NCBI RefSeq assembly: GCF_036588685.1
Contig: NC_086386.1
Coordinates: 21,576,001 to 21,640,000 of the forward strand
From: Mytilus trossulus
Taxonomy: Eukaryota
DNA length: 64,000 bases
Direction of reading: 5' to 3'
The translations under genes and the position numbers were made by a program. The notes beneath the pieces were generated by a model. The model did not search any database. It saw only the letters and a program-made list of their open reading frames with translations, and was not told the DNA's origin. Positions within the stretch are counted from its first letter, which is position 1, and every line of letters begins with the position of its first letter. This document shows positions 14,005 to 24,480 of this stretch, in pieces.

Positions 14005-15579
14005 TCAATAGTAAGCATGTTTCAAACTATTTGCTCGTGGAGCCACATTAACCCTTCTAGGTCTTGGTGTTTTCCGCGGTGTTTTCACAGAATCAAATCG
14101 TTCAGCATCATTTACATGTCCAGATTTCTTACATTTTAAACAACATATAATTATAGTGATCAACAACAATAAAAATCCACCACCACCACCTGCTGCGTAA
14201 TACATTAACATATTTGGCGCTTCCGGTGATTCTGGTTCCTTGGTTTGTGAAGGAACAGTCGACATTGTCAAAATCGTAGACGATGCTGTTGACATAGTTG
14301 TCGTTACCATCCTCGTAGTTGTCGGCGTCGTAGTTGGCGTTGTAGTTGGCAGCGTTGTTGTAATTGTTGTTGGTGCCGGTGTGGTTGTTGTGGTTGTTGT
14401 AGTTGTCGTCGTTGTTGTTGTTGTTGTTGTTGATAAAATTACATTAACATCAACAGTCCTTTCATCTTCGCCGAACTTCGATGATACCGATAACGTCCAG
14501 TTGCCACGGTCGGCTGATGAAGTGCCAGCAATATACAAACTACCGTTCACGTCCACGTTATGTCCATTTTGTTGTAAAGAGGAAGACGAGAACGGGGTTC
14601 CAGTCGGATTTATCCACTTGACAGTTATTGAATCGCCTTTTATCGTACAGTTTATAAATACAGACGAACCTTCATTCACTGTTACTTTTGTTTTGTCACA
14701 ATATAAAATTTTTGGAAGTATCGGATCTAGTTTAGGATCAGGAACATTGATTAATGAAATGTATTGAAGATTTGCCGGTGAATCGCAAATAATGTTTCCT
14801 ATACTGAACACGGAACTGAAGGACACTGACATGTTTTTCAGCCATTTGATTTCCCAGTTACATTTCCAAGGGTTATTTCCAAGATGTATGCTCCCCTTCT
14901 TTGTCACTATTTGTGTGAATAGTGACGACACATTAGATGGAATTGTTGTTAATTGATTTCCGGAAAGATCAACATGCTTCAAATTTGTCAGCGACGATAG
15001 AACAGTCCAGTCCAGTGTTTTTAATTTATTGCCATGAAGATCGAGAGTGGTAAGACTTTGCAACGGTTTTAGCAAAATTAAATCAAGCGTATCCAAGTCC
15101 ATTTCACCTAAGCGTAGCTCTAATAAAGTTGATAATCCATCAAATGTATTCGGTTTAATGTCACAGTTTATATTTCCCGTCAGATCGAGTGCTGTTAACT
15201 TTGTTAATCCTTGAAATGATGTCTGTGTTAATGTCTGAATTTTGTTGAACTCTAAATTCAATCTTTTCAATTCGGGTAATGTTCTAAATGCTCCAGCGTC
15301 CACTGCATCAATCCCACAATACCTCATTATTAAATGGGACATTCTGGAAGATGAAAACGCAGACGGACTGAGATGCCCAAATGAATTTGGACTTGATACG
15401 CTGCCTGAAATTGTCAACGCTGTGATTGCTGTCGGGAGATTGTTTGGAACTCCACTTATTTGGGTGAATGCACATATTGTTACTTTTGACGAACATTTAC
15501 ATCCTTGACGGCACTGCTGACTTTGAGCTGACGAAACTAGCTGAACAAATATTACCGCTTTCATAAATTGTAGATACAT
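14005..15579 (-). CDS. LRR-Ig type I transmembrane protein, 524 aa, paralog of 2784-4226, with longer Thr/Pro stalk, TM helix and ~43-aa basic cytoplasmic tail; intronless CDS
   Basis: Same ectodomain as the plus-strand copy; TM MLMYYAAGGGGGFLLLLITIIICCL followed by KCKK stop-transfer; tail ends ...SLKHAYY. Confidence 0.93.
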   Translation of the reverse strand: MYLQFMKAVIFVQLVSSAQSQQCRQGCKCSSKVTICAFTQISGVPNNLPTAITALTISGSVSSPNSFGHLSPSAFSSSRMSHLIMRYCGIDAVDAGAFRTLPELKRLNLEFNKIQTLTQTSFQGLTKLTALDLTGNINCDIKPNTFDGLSTLLELRLGEMDLDTLDLILLKPLQSLTTLDLHGNKLKTLDWTVLSSLTNLKHVDLSGNQLTTIPSNVSSLFTQIVTKKGSIHLGNNPWKCNWEIKWLKNMSVSFSSVFSIGNIICDSPANLQYISLINVPDPKLDPILPKILYCDKTKVTVNEGSSVFINCTIKGDSITVKWINPTGTPFSSSSLQQNGHNVDVNGSLYIAGTSSADRGNWTLSVSSKFGEDERTVDVNVILSTTTTTTTTTTTTTTTTTPAPTTITTTLPTTTPTTTPTTTRMVTTTMSTASSTILTMSTVPSQTKEPESPEAPNMLMYYAAGGGGGFLLLLITIIICCLKCKKSGHVNDAERFDSVKTPRKTPRPRRVNVAPRANSLKHAYY

Positions 15580-16137
15580 TGTTATAAATTTTAAAAAAAA
15601 TATTCAAAATTTGAATGTTCTAATTTTTCAATTCTATTCAACTCCCGTGTCCAATACTCTCCTATCAAGAATACTCTACGATAACTTCGAATAATTCGAA
15701 TTTATATTTTCTCGTGAATATATACAGGAGAGTCGAATCAATTATAAATATGATAGATAAGATTGAAAGTTTTTATATATTACTTATTTATGTGACTGAT
15801 TTAAGGCCATACATACATACATATTAGTTTTTCTTTCTTCTATCTCGTATTTGTTTTGATTTGTAGGTGTATATGTCAATATTCGCACATTATTCGTCGA
15901 TGTAACTCGCAGCATTTGTTTAAAGAGATAATGCTTATCATTTTTATGAGCGATACAAGCATTTTATTGGACTGTATGTAAATGCTTTTGTGTGGGTTCC
16001 TGGTTCAAAAATATAAGAAAATAGGAAGTCGGTATCTTTATGAAAGTTTTCCCACTTTACATATAATCGAGTTGATACTGTGTATTTGAACAATTTTAAA
16101 ATTGTAAATTCTACATAAGGATATATTATTATCGTAT

Positions 16138-16310
16138 TTAAGGATGCACTTAGGTGAGGTTTTCAAATTTGTTTCAAATGTTCGGACTCCTTGGTGATTT
16201 TCCATACAATACAATGTAAAATATTATGCCCCATAACACCCATTTATATTTTTCATTATAAGACTTAATAGCTCATGAAAGGTCATTTACCAAAATTTTA
16301 GAGGATTCTT
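16138..16310 (+). mobile_element. One end of a DNA-transposon-like element beginning TTAA|GG (Kolobok-like); related copy at ~40438-40600
   Basis: TTAAGGATG.ACTT..AGGTGAGGTTT...ATGTTCGGACT.CTTGGT...TGCCCCATAACACCC is present at both loci, and similarity starts at TTAA. The opposite end was not identified. Confidence 0.45.
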
Positions 16311-18583
16311 GATTTTCTTTCTTTTGTTTTGGGACCCAAATAATACCAATGCAAATATAAGGTAATACTGTATACTACTGTTGCCTTTCATTTATTGGTT
16401 AAAAATTACTTCTAATATCTAATATAAGTGCAAATGGAAAAGACTATAAATATTGCTTGTGCTATGAATGCCATTGTATAAAAAGTGAACTAACATATAT
16501 CATTCGTAAATAATTAATTAATGAATTTAGATATTTTGGAAGACATTTTTGTTTATGACAAAATTTGTAAACCTTTTTTTTTTTTTTTTTTTATCTAAGA
16601 CTAAATAAGTAAACCCAGTGGTCTAGATATCCAAGAATCAAACTTTAGAATATTTTAAGAATAAATTATGATAATGTTAGGACCGACCATGTCCGAAGAT
16701 GGCACCCACAACCAGTTCCCAGTTTAATAACATATAATTTTTAACCAGTACTTTTTAAAAAAAAATGAATCTGTCAAAGTTCTAAATAAAACGATTGTAC
16801 ATAAAGTAGAACTTAGATGACGAAAACTAATATATATACAAAATTAGTATTGCAGTTTTTGCCAATACAAAATTGCCACTGCAAATAAAATTCATTCATT
16901 AAAATACATATATATCTTATACATGCACGGATGATATATATTAGATTTTTATTTGATTTTCGATTGTTAGATGCATAGTATTTAGTAAACGGGTAAAACA
17001 AAATTTTATATCTTGAAAGGTAAAAAGACAAAATTTCTTAAACTTTTGTGTGGTGATCCTATTTTCTAGTTTTTAACAGTCGCCCGAAAATTATGTATCA
17101 AGTTTCTATAAAAACGTTATGTAAAAAAATGCAAAGAGATAATTCTGACATTAAAGACAGACTCAAATAATAGTTCATTCAAAAGTTCAAACATTTAAGA
17201 AAAAATAAAAATGATGTACTACTTCTTAAAATTATAATATATAGCTCCATAACAAAGTGAATCAAAATAATAACTATCAACCAAACCAGAAAATATTATC
17301 GGCCTTTACAAGTGCGACTTTCTACCCCAAGTGAACCAATTATCTGTTAAATGCGGGGATTATTTAGTGAATAAATGAACAATTTGACGTTTTAGGATGG
17401 TATTCAAACATTTATATACATACTTAGGTTGCCCGTTTATCAAAATCCCGATTTGAATCTATCATCTAAATTAAGCTTTAAGACCATTTAATACAATCCA
17501 ACTCTTTATGTGTGCTTTGTTCATTACTTTCAATTCCAATTGAATGTTTTGCCGTAAATTATTTCTTTCGATTGATAAACAATGGTTAAAGTAAAAGGTC
17601 GCCTGGTAAATTAGAGTAAATAACATGGTTATGTCTAGCTTGTTAGTATTTGACAGTTGTGAAAATGTATGTTAAAAGTTCGACATTATAAAAAAAGATA
17701 GGTTTTAAATTAGATCAAATATTTTCTATCGAGTCCATAAAATAGACCATGCGAAGAGTGTGCGGTAAAAGGGGTTGAAAACGTTTTATACGAATATGGA
17801 AAACAACATGTATATGTGTCTCCTTGCATTAATCCAAATAAATCAACATTTTTTAGCAAATTAAGTTTTACATAGAACATAACTATATGTGTTGGCCACT
17901 TAAAAGAAAGCGAAACAACTTCAAATTACAGACGTTTTCATATTTACATAGTAAATAACCATTTGTGACTTTATAATGATAGTGTTGCCTGGATAAAATA
18001 AATGTTTTCTAGTAATTCATTAAAAAAAGATTTAATAATAACCTTAATGAAAAAAAAATAGTTTCATTTAGTAAGCTTGTTTTTTGTAAATTGTTTGTGT
18101 TTTTAACCTTTATATCTATTACTTTTGAATTACTTGCTGTTTTATAAGGAAAGAAAATAGAATATATAAATACCAGAGATTAAGGTTTTCAAACAAAAAT
18201 TTATCAAACCAATAAAAGCTATTATTGTTATATATTGTATCTGTTCGTGCATTATCAACGCTCTAATAATTCATATTAATATATTAGTATTTACTGTTTG
18301 AGAAATATATATAATACTAAAATAGATTATTCGTCGACATGCATAAATACAATTTTGTTTTTGTATATAAAACAGTATAAATCAGGAAATCAATTATTTT
18401 ATACGCAAGGGAAAACTTTCTCAATGAAGATATTAAATGGGTTACCTATATCAAAACTATTTTGATGACACATGATTTGGTAACATATGGCATTACCAAG
18501 AAGGCGTCAATCCGGGGTTTCTTATATACTAATAAACAAAGATTACATTGTCAATCTTAACTTATCCAGAATTGATACATCCA

Positions 18584-19164
18584 AAGGAGTAAGTTCGGTA
18601 AGGGCCATATTTGGCCCCAATTATAAAGTTCATAGTTACAAGACAATAAATGTTTTAAGTTGCCTTAAAGACATGTTAGAAAGTTAAACAGAACTGTTTT
18701 TGTCAAAGTTTAATTCTAACACGTTGATTTTTACATCCAAAAAAGGTCAAAATAAGGGATTTTGGGGAAATTTGACAAAATCAGTAAGATTTCAACCAAA
18801 TAAAGGACCAGGAAACATAGAGCGCAGGCGTCGACTAGCTTAAGATTTAAATAAAGGATGTGAAATGTCTTCACAAACATTATTTTAAAAGATCTTTGTT
18901 GTCGACGCATGCGCTCTATGTTTCCTGTCCAATTATCTATGGAAATTTACCCATTTTCATTGATTTTTTCGTGAAAAATCAATATGAGTACAACTTTTGA
19001 CGTCATAATGAAACGCAGAAACGTAAAATTTTCAACAAAATGGTTTATATCCTAGCTAGTCAATGTATTAGCTGTAATTTATCGTGATATTGGTCGATAA
19101 ATCTGAATTTGAAATTTACGCTAAAAAAGGGGGCCATTTTAGGACCTTATCGAACATACTCCTT
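18584..19164. mobile_element. MITE (581 bp) with ~35-bp imperfect TIRs, an internal inverted repeat and a 4-bp TSD (TCCA)
   Basis: Left TCCA|AAGGAGTAAGTTCGGTAAGGGCCATATTTGGCCCC; right GGGGCCATTTTAGGACCTTATCGAACATACTCCTT|TCCA; internal IR AGGAAACATAGAGCGCAGGCGTCGAC (18810-18835) / GTCGACGCATGCGCTCTATGTTTCCT (18901-18926). Confidence 0.85.
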
Positions 19165-19329
19165 TCCAACTCATCAAGGGGCGAATTGCAATTTAAATCA
19201 GAAATTTAAAAACATTTATAACTTTTTTAAATCTTTACAGGGACAAATATCTTTAAACCCAATGAATTTATTTATCAATATGAAATGCATTATTCAAAGA
19301 TATCATGTGTTTCTTCACTTAGCACTTAA

Positions 19330-19740
19330 TGATGTGTGTGAAGTTAGCAGCCGGTTCGTTATTCGATATTCGATATTCAATATCCAACCGGCTGCTAGCA
19401 GTCGGTTGGATATTCAAAATTAAGTTGAAAATAAAAAAGGAATAATACTTAATAACATTAAAAGCATGATGATTTTTATAGTAAAAAGAACTGATAAGAC
19501 ACGTAGGAAATAGTTTCATGACCTCTTCAAGCTGTCGCATATTCTCGTTGTTCTCGAATATAAACCCTTTTCTAATTTGCATATTTGTCTAAATGTAATA
19601 TAGATTGTTGTCAATAAAAAAAAATCAAAGAGGTACAGTACTTTTACACAGGATTTTTCTTAAAAACAAAAACAAAAACCGATTACTCTAGAAAACAATT
19701 AGGATTATAAATAGAAATATTTATGGAAAGCCCATAAAAG
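19330..19740 (+). repeat. Left terminal inverted repeat, unique portion (~410 bp)
   Basis: Reverse-complement match to ~28190-28597; outer ~90 bp nearly identical, inner part clearly more diverged (e.g. CAAGCTGTCG, GAATATAAACCCTTTTC, TATAAATAGAAATAT.TATGGAAAGCC conserved). Confidence 0.9.
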
Positions 19741-22357
19741 AAATATACAGTGAAAAGCTACCTGAGACCGCTTAAATGAGGGTGAGACCCCCCTGGTCTT
19801 TCAATGTCCACAAAATTTAAGAAAATCATAGACTCTGTATATATAAAGGTTGTATCAGAAGGATTGCCAAGAATAATGTCATATTCGATATCTATGGAGG
19901 GCTTGTCACTTTTCAGCTAAAAATTATCAAAATTTTAGGACAAAGAGTACAGGGCAATAGTGAGAGCCCCCTAATTGCTCAATCTGTCTAATATTTTGCA
20001 GACATTTAGTCATTAGGTAGATACACACGTGACTAAAAGGAATATGGGTAGACTTTCTGTCTTTTATGTTTACGGAGCGCCCAAAGTGCCAGTTAGATAT
20101 TCAAAATATATAGTGAAAAGCTACCTGAGACCGCTTAAATGAGGGTGAGACCCCCCTGGTCTTTCAATGTCCACATAATTTTAGTAAATCATAGACTCTG
20201 TATATATAAAGGTTGTATCAGAAGGATTGACCAGAATAATGTCATATTCGATATCTATGGATGGCTTGTATTGTCACTTTTCAGCTAAAAATTATCAAAA
20301 TTTTAGGACAAAGAGTACAGCGCAATAGTGAGAGCCCCCTAATTACTTAATCTTTCTAATATTATGCAGACATTTAGTCAATAGGTAGATACACACGTGA
20401 CTAAAAGGAATTTGGGTATACTTCCTGTCTTTTATGTTTACGGAGCGCCCAAGGTGCTAGTTGGATATTCAAAATATATAGTGAAAAGCTACCCGAGACC
20501 GCTTAAATGAGGGTGAGACCCCCTGGTCTTTCAATGTCTACAAAATTCAAGAAAATCATAGACTCTGTATATATGAAGGTTGTATCAGAAGGATTGCCAA
20601 GAATAATGTCATATTCGATATCTATGGAGGGCTTGTATTATCACTTTTCAGCTAAAAATTATCAAAATTTTAGGACAAAGGGAACAGGGAAATGGTGAGA
20701 GCCCCCTTATTGCTCAATCTTTCTAATATTATGCAGACATTTAGTCAATAGGTAGATACACACGTGACTAAAAGGAATTGGGGTAGACTTCCTGTCTTTT
20801 ATGTATACGGAGCGCCCAAAGTGCCAGTTGGATATTCAAAATGTACAGTGAAAAGCTACCTGAGACCGCTTAAATGAGGGTGAGACCCCCTGGTCTTTCA
20901 ATGTCCACAAAATTTAAGAAAATCATAGACTCTGTATATATGAAGGTTGTGTCAGAAGGATTGCCAAGAATAATGTCATATTCGATATCTATGGAGGGCT
21001 TGTATTGTCACTTTTCAGCTAAAAATTATCAAAATTTTAGGACAAAGGGCACTGGGCAATGGTGAGAGCCCCCTAATTGCTCAATCTTTCTAATATTATG
21101 CAGACATTTAGTCAATAGGTAGATACACACGTGACTAAAAGGAATTCGGGTAGACTTCCTGTCTTTTATGTTTACGGAGCGCCCAAAGTGCCAGTTGGAT
21201 ATTCAAAATATATAGTGAAAAGCTACCTGAGACCGCTTAAATGAGGGTGAGATCCCCTGGTCTTTCAATGTCCACATAATTTTAGGAAATCATAGACACT
21301 GTATATATGAAGGTTGTGTCAGAAGGATTGCCAAGAATAATGTCATATTCGATATCTATGGATGGCTTGTATTGTCACTTTTCAGCTAAAAATTATCAAA
21401 ATTTTAGGACAAAGGGCACTGGGCAATGGTGATAGCCACCCTAATTGCTCAATCTTTCTAATATTATGCAGACATTTAGTCAATAGGTAGTTACACACTT
21501 GACTTAAAGGAATTTGGGTAGACTTTCTGTCTTTTATGTTTACGGAGCGCCCAAAGTGCCAGTTGGATATTCAAAATATATTGTGAAAAGCTACCTGAGA
21601 CCGCTTAAATGAGGGTGAGACCCCCCTGGTCTTTCACTGTCCACAAAATTTAAGTAAATCATAGACTCTGTATATATAAAGGTTGTATCAGAAGGATTGC
21701 CCAGAATAATGTCATATTCGATATCTATGGAGGGCTTGTATTGTCACTTTTCAGCTAAAAATTATCAAAATTTTAGGACAAAGGGCACAGGGCAATGGTG
21801 AGAGCCCCTAATTGCTCAATCTTTCTAATATTATGCAGACATTTAGTCAATAGGTAGATACACACTTGACTTAAAGGAATTTGGGTAGACTTCCTGTCTT
21901 TTATGTATACGGAGTGCCCAAAGTGCCAGTTGAATATTCAAAATATATAGTGAAAAGCTACCTGAGACCGCTTAAATGAGGGTGAGACCCCCCTGGTCTT
22001 TCAATGTCCACAAAATTTAAGAAAATCATAGACTCTGTATATATGAAGGTTGTGTCAGAAGGATTGCCAAGAATAATGTCATATTCGATATCTATGGAGG
22101 GCTTGTATTGTCACTTTTCAGCTAAAAAATATCAAAATTTTAGGACAGAGGGCACAGGGCAATGGTGAGAGCCCACTAATTGCTCAATCTATCTAATATT
22201 ATGCAGATATTTAGTCAATAGGTAGATACACACGTGACTAAAAGGAATTTGGGTAGACTTCCTGTCTTTTATGTTTACGGAGCGCCCAAGGTGCTAGTTG
22301 GATATTCAAAATATATAGTGAAAAGCTACCTGAGACCGCTTAAATGAGGATGAGACC
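19741..22357 (+). repeat. Tandem array of a ~367-bp unit, 7 full copies plus a partial, highly similar to each other
   Basis: GTGAAAAGCTACC.GAGACCGCTTAAATGAGG recurs 8 times; near-identical ORFs at 20507 and 20874 are 367 bp apart. Confidence 0.95.
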
Positions 22358-22384
22358 AAAGTATAGTTTTTATATATATAAATG

Positions 22385-22925
22385 ATTGTATCAAAAGTGG
22401 AATGTTCTTGAACGGACTGTTTGCTGCCGATCAGATCAGACCAGAACCCTAGGCCTAGTAGAATCGATGACCTAGTTTCAAATACAAACCGTCACTATAG
22501 GTTGAAGGGAAAACATACAGACCTTTATCACGCACCTTCACACAGCTCACACAACCACCCCTTTTGATGTAAAATCCAGGTCCAAATGCATTGTTGATCT
22601 CTTTTTCACACAGACAACACCTCATGCTGACATGAATTGTGTTCGCCAACATAGGAAGGGCTCGCATTGCCCTTTCCGCTAACATGGATAGGAATCCACT
22701 TTCTTTTTGAATGTTTTTCTTCAATTGGTTAGTGCTTTTTTCCACTAGAATAATTTTGTAGGAGCTTGGTGATCTTTTCAATCAGTCACGGGGTAAGCAA
22801 CATCTTGTGTTCACCTTGCAGGTTTGTGTGTGATAAACGAATGGTGACCGGGAAAACTTTTTTGTCTGCTCTCTGTAATATTTAGATTGACCTTTTATAA
22901 AGTTCAAACCGTATTTCGAGAGACT
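22385..22925 (-). pseudogene. Decayed Polinton core/structural ORF (GGFL / GxGLYL-type, adenovirus pX-like motif)
   Basis: Fragments across frameshifts: EYGLNFIKGQSKILQRA..VTIRLSHTNLQGEHKMLLT; QKESGFLSMLA; DKGLYV..SDGLYLK; GSGLI..NSPFKNIPLL. Confidence 0.6.
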
Positions 22926-22931
22926 ATTTAT

Positions 22932-23423
22932 TCATGCCTCGCGAAGATGGAAGCGGATGGTGAAATGTTTTCTTCCGAGATTGTGGAGGATCGCCGTCTG
23001 GATCAGTGAGGTATGTCTGCATGCGATTGATGGTTCTCAAGATCACGGGTAAGTACACCATATTTTTGGGGGGTTTGAATGATCTTTACCCCAGGATCGA
23101 TTGCGGGGGGGGGGGGGAGCTTCAGATAGTGGACTGTTGGGTGCCGTGTATGTAGCTGCTATTGATGATGCCACTGTTCACCAGGATGCTGTTGATTCTT
23201 CTGATGCTAACAATGTATTCACCCTCTTTGTAACATGTGTTGCCCGATCAAATGTGTAGAGCTGTCTCTTAAATCCCAATGTGGTGTTCGATTCCTTAAA
23301 TTGTAGTTGGGGGAGGGGGTTGAACCGAGTACAAATGCGACTGTCGTTTCCAGAGACAAGGATGGAAAACCCTTGTTTTTGGTCTGTGTTGTGGACGATT
23401 TGCTGCAACAGTGTGGTGTCCAT
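22932..23423 (-). pseudogene. Decayed Polinton minor capsid protein (penton), internally deleted
   Basis: N-terminus MDTTLLQQIVHNTDQKQGFSILVSGNDSRICTRFNP; C-terminal fragments VNSGIINSSYIHG..DPGVKIIQTP..NMVYLPV..TINRMQTYLTDPDG..FTIRFHLREA*; lies directly downstream of the MCP remnant. Confidence 0.7.
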
Positions 23424-23430
23424 TTATTTA

Positions 23431-24146
23431 TTAAAACACGACGTTCAACTACTGACCGACCGATTCGAACTGGAGGCCTAGGCCTCCTACGGAGATTGGA
23501 AGTGCAAATGCTTCGATGTTGGCGGGAACATAACGCTCGAATTCCGCTCGAATCTGGATGTCCGCTCGGACTGATGACTTACATCGATGACAAACAGCGG
23601 CTATATGTCAATGAAATCAGAGGGGTTGACACCACCGTTACTGAGGAGGGTGTCAATGTTGTAGAATTTCTTTCTGGAGTCTACATCCTCCTTGAACACT
23701 CTGGCAACCTTGTTTTGTGAAAAAAACGGCATTAAAGTCGACGGCTGAGTAGCGTTCACCTTTGAGGGTGACATGGATATTTTGCAATCGACAGCGATTG
23801 AACACGGAAGCATTATGGGTTTTGTCATTATCTCTGTCGGTTTGAAAGGCAACGATAATATATCTTCGCTTTTCTTGACCACTATTGGCAGCTAGGCGGC
23901 AGTTAAACGGTGAGGCTTGGGGAACGGCTATGAAATCACACTGTCTCATGCAAAATCCACAGAGGATCGTGGATTTTTTCTGGATGGTTTTGTACAGTTG
24001 CATCTTGTTTTCGTCTGCAGGAGTGACACTCAAGAGTTGGTAAGTTGGGCGCCGGCTTAAGGTTCGAATTCGTGAAGCTGGTATTAATATTTTTGAAGAC
24101 TTTCATCGAAGGTCAACCCTTCTGTGATTGTAAGGATGTCAGACAT
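23431..24146 (-). pseudogene. Decayed Polinton major capsid protein (double jelly-roll), large internal deletion
   Basis: Start MSDILTITEGLTFDESLQKY; C-terminal half RQCDFIAVPQ..EKRRYIIVAFQT..NASVFNRC..ERY; PLFVIDVSHQSER; FERYVPANIEAFAL; contains stops and frameshifts. Confidence 0.8.
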
Positions 24147-24159
24147 TATGTATTTATGT

Positions 24160-24480
24160 ATAGCATTGGAGGAAGTTGGGATGGTACCGATGCCACGACC
24201 AGAGATGAGATTGTTTAACTGGGTTTGGTTGTTGGGCTTTCTGCATTTAACACTGGGCTTGCTGCGTTGGTCAATGGGTTTTCGAGTGCGGGTCACTTTG
24301 TCAACGACATGGTTGACGACTACCACCTACCACTCCTATCATGGCTGCATTGGTGGCAGTGCTCATAGGCCTGCTTTTCAATGTCTTGGCAGCAGAGGAG
24401 GTGAACATGCGACCTGCGATACTGGCGATAGCGTCAAAAAACTTCTACCACCGTATGCATACTTTCGAGCAAAACCTTTC
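24160..24480 (-). pseudogene. Decayed small Polinton virion-core-type ORF with Gly-x-Gly motifs
   Basis: KGFARKYAYGGRS / FDAIASIAGRMFTSSAAKTL (amphipathic) ... QLNNLISGRGI, immediately upstream of the MCP. Confidence 0.5.

Noticed and set aside
19109-19582. Overlapping ORFs on both strands sharing NIQP(A/T)ASSRLDI
   Set aside because: Artefact of the 36-bp terminal palindrome.
19741-22357. Repeated 63-aa ORFs (MRVRPPGLS...) as a tandem gene family, or the array as CRISPR-like
   Set aside because: The ORF is broken by stops or indels in most units, and whole units repeat without unique spacers. It is a non-coding tandem repeat in a eukaryote.
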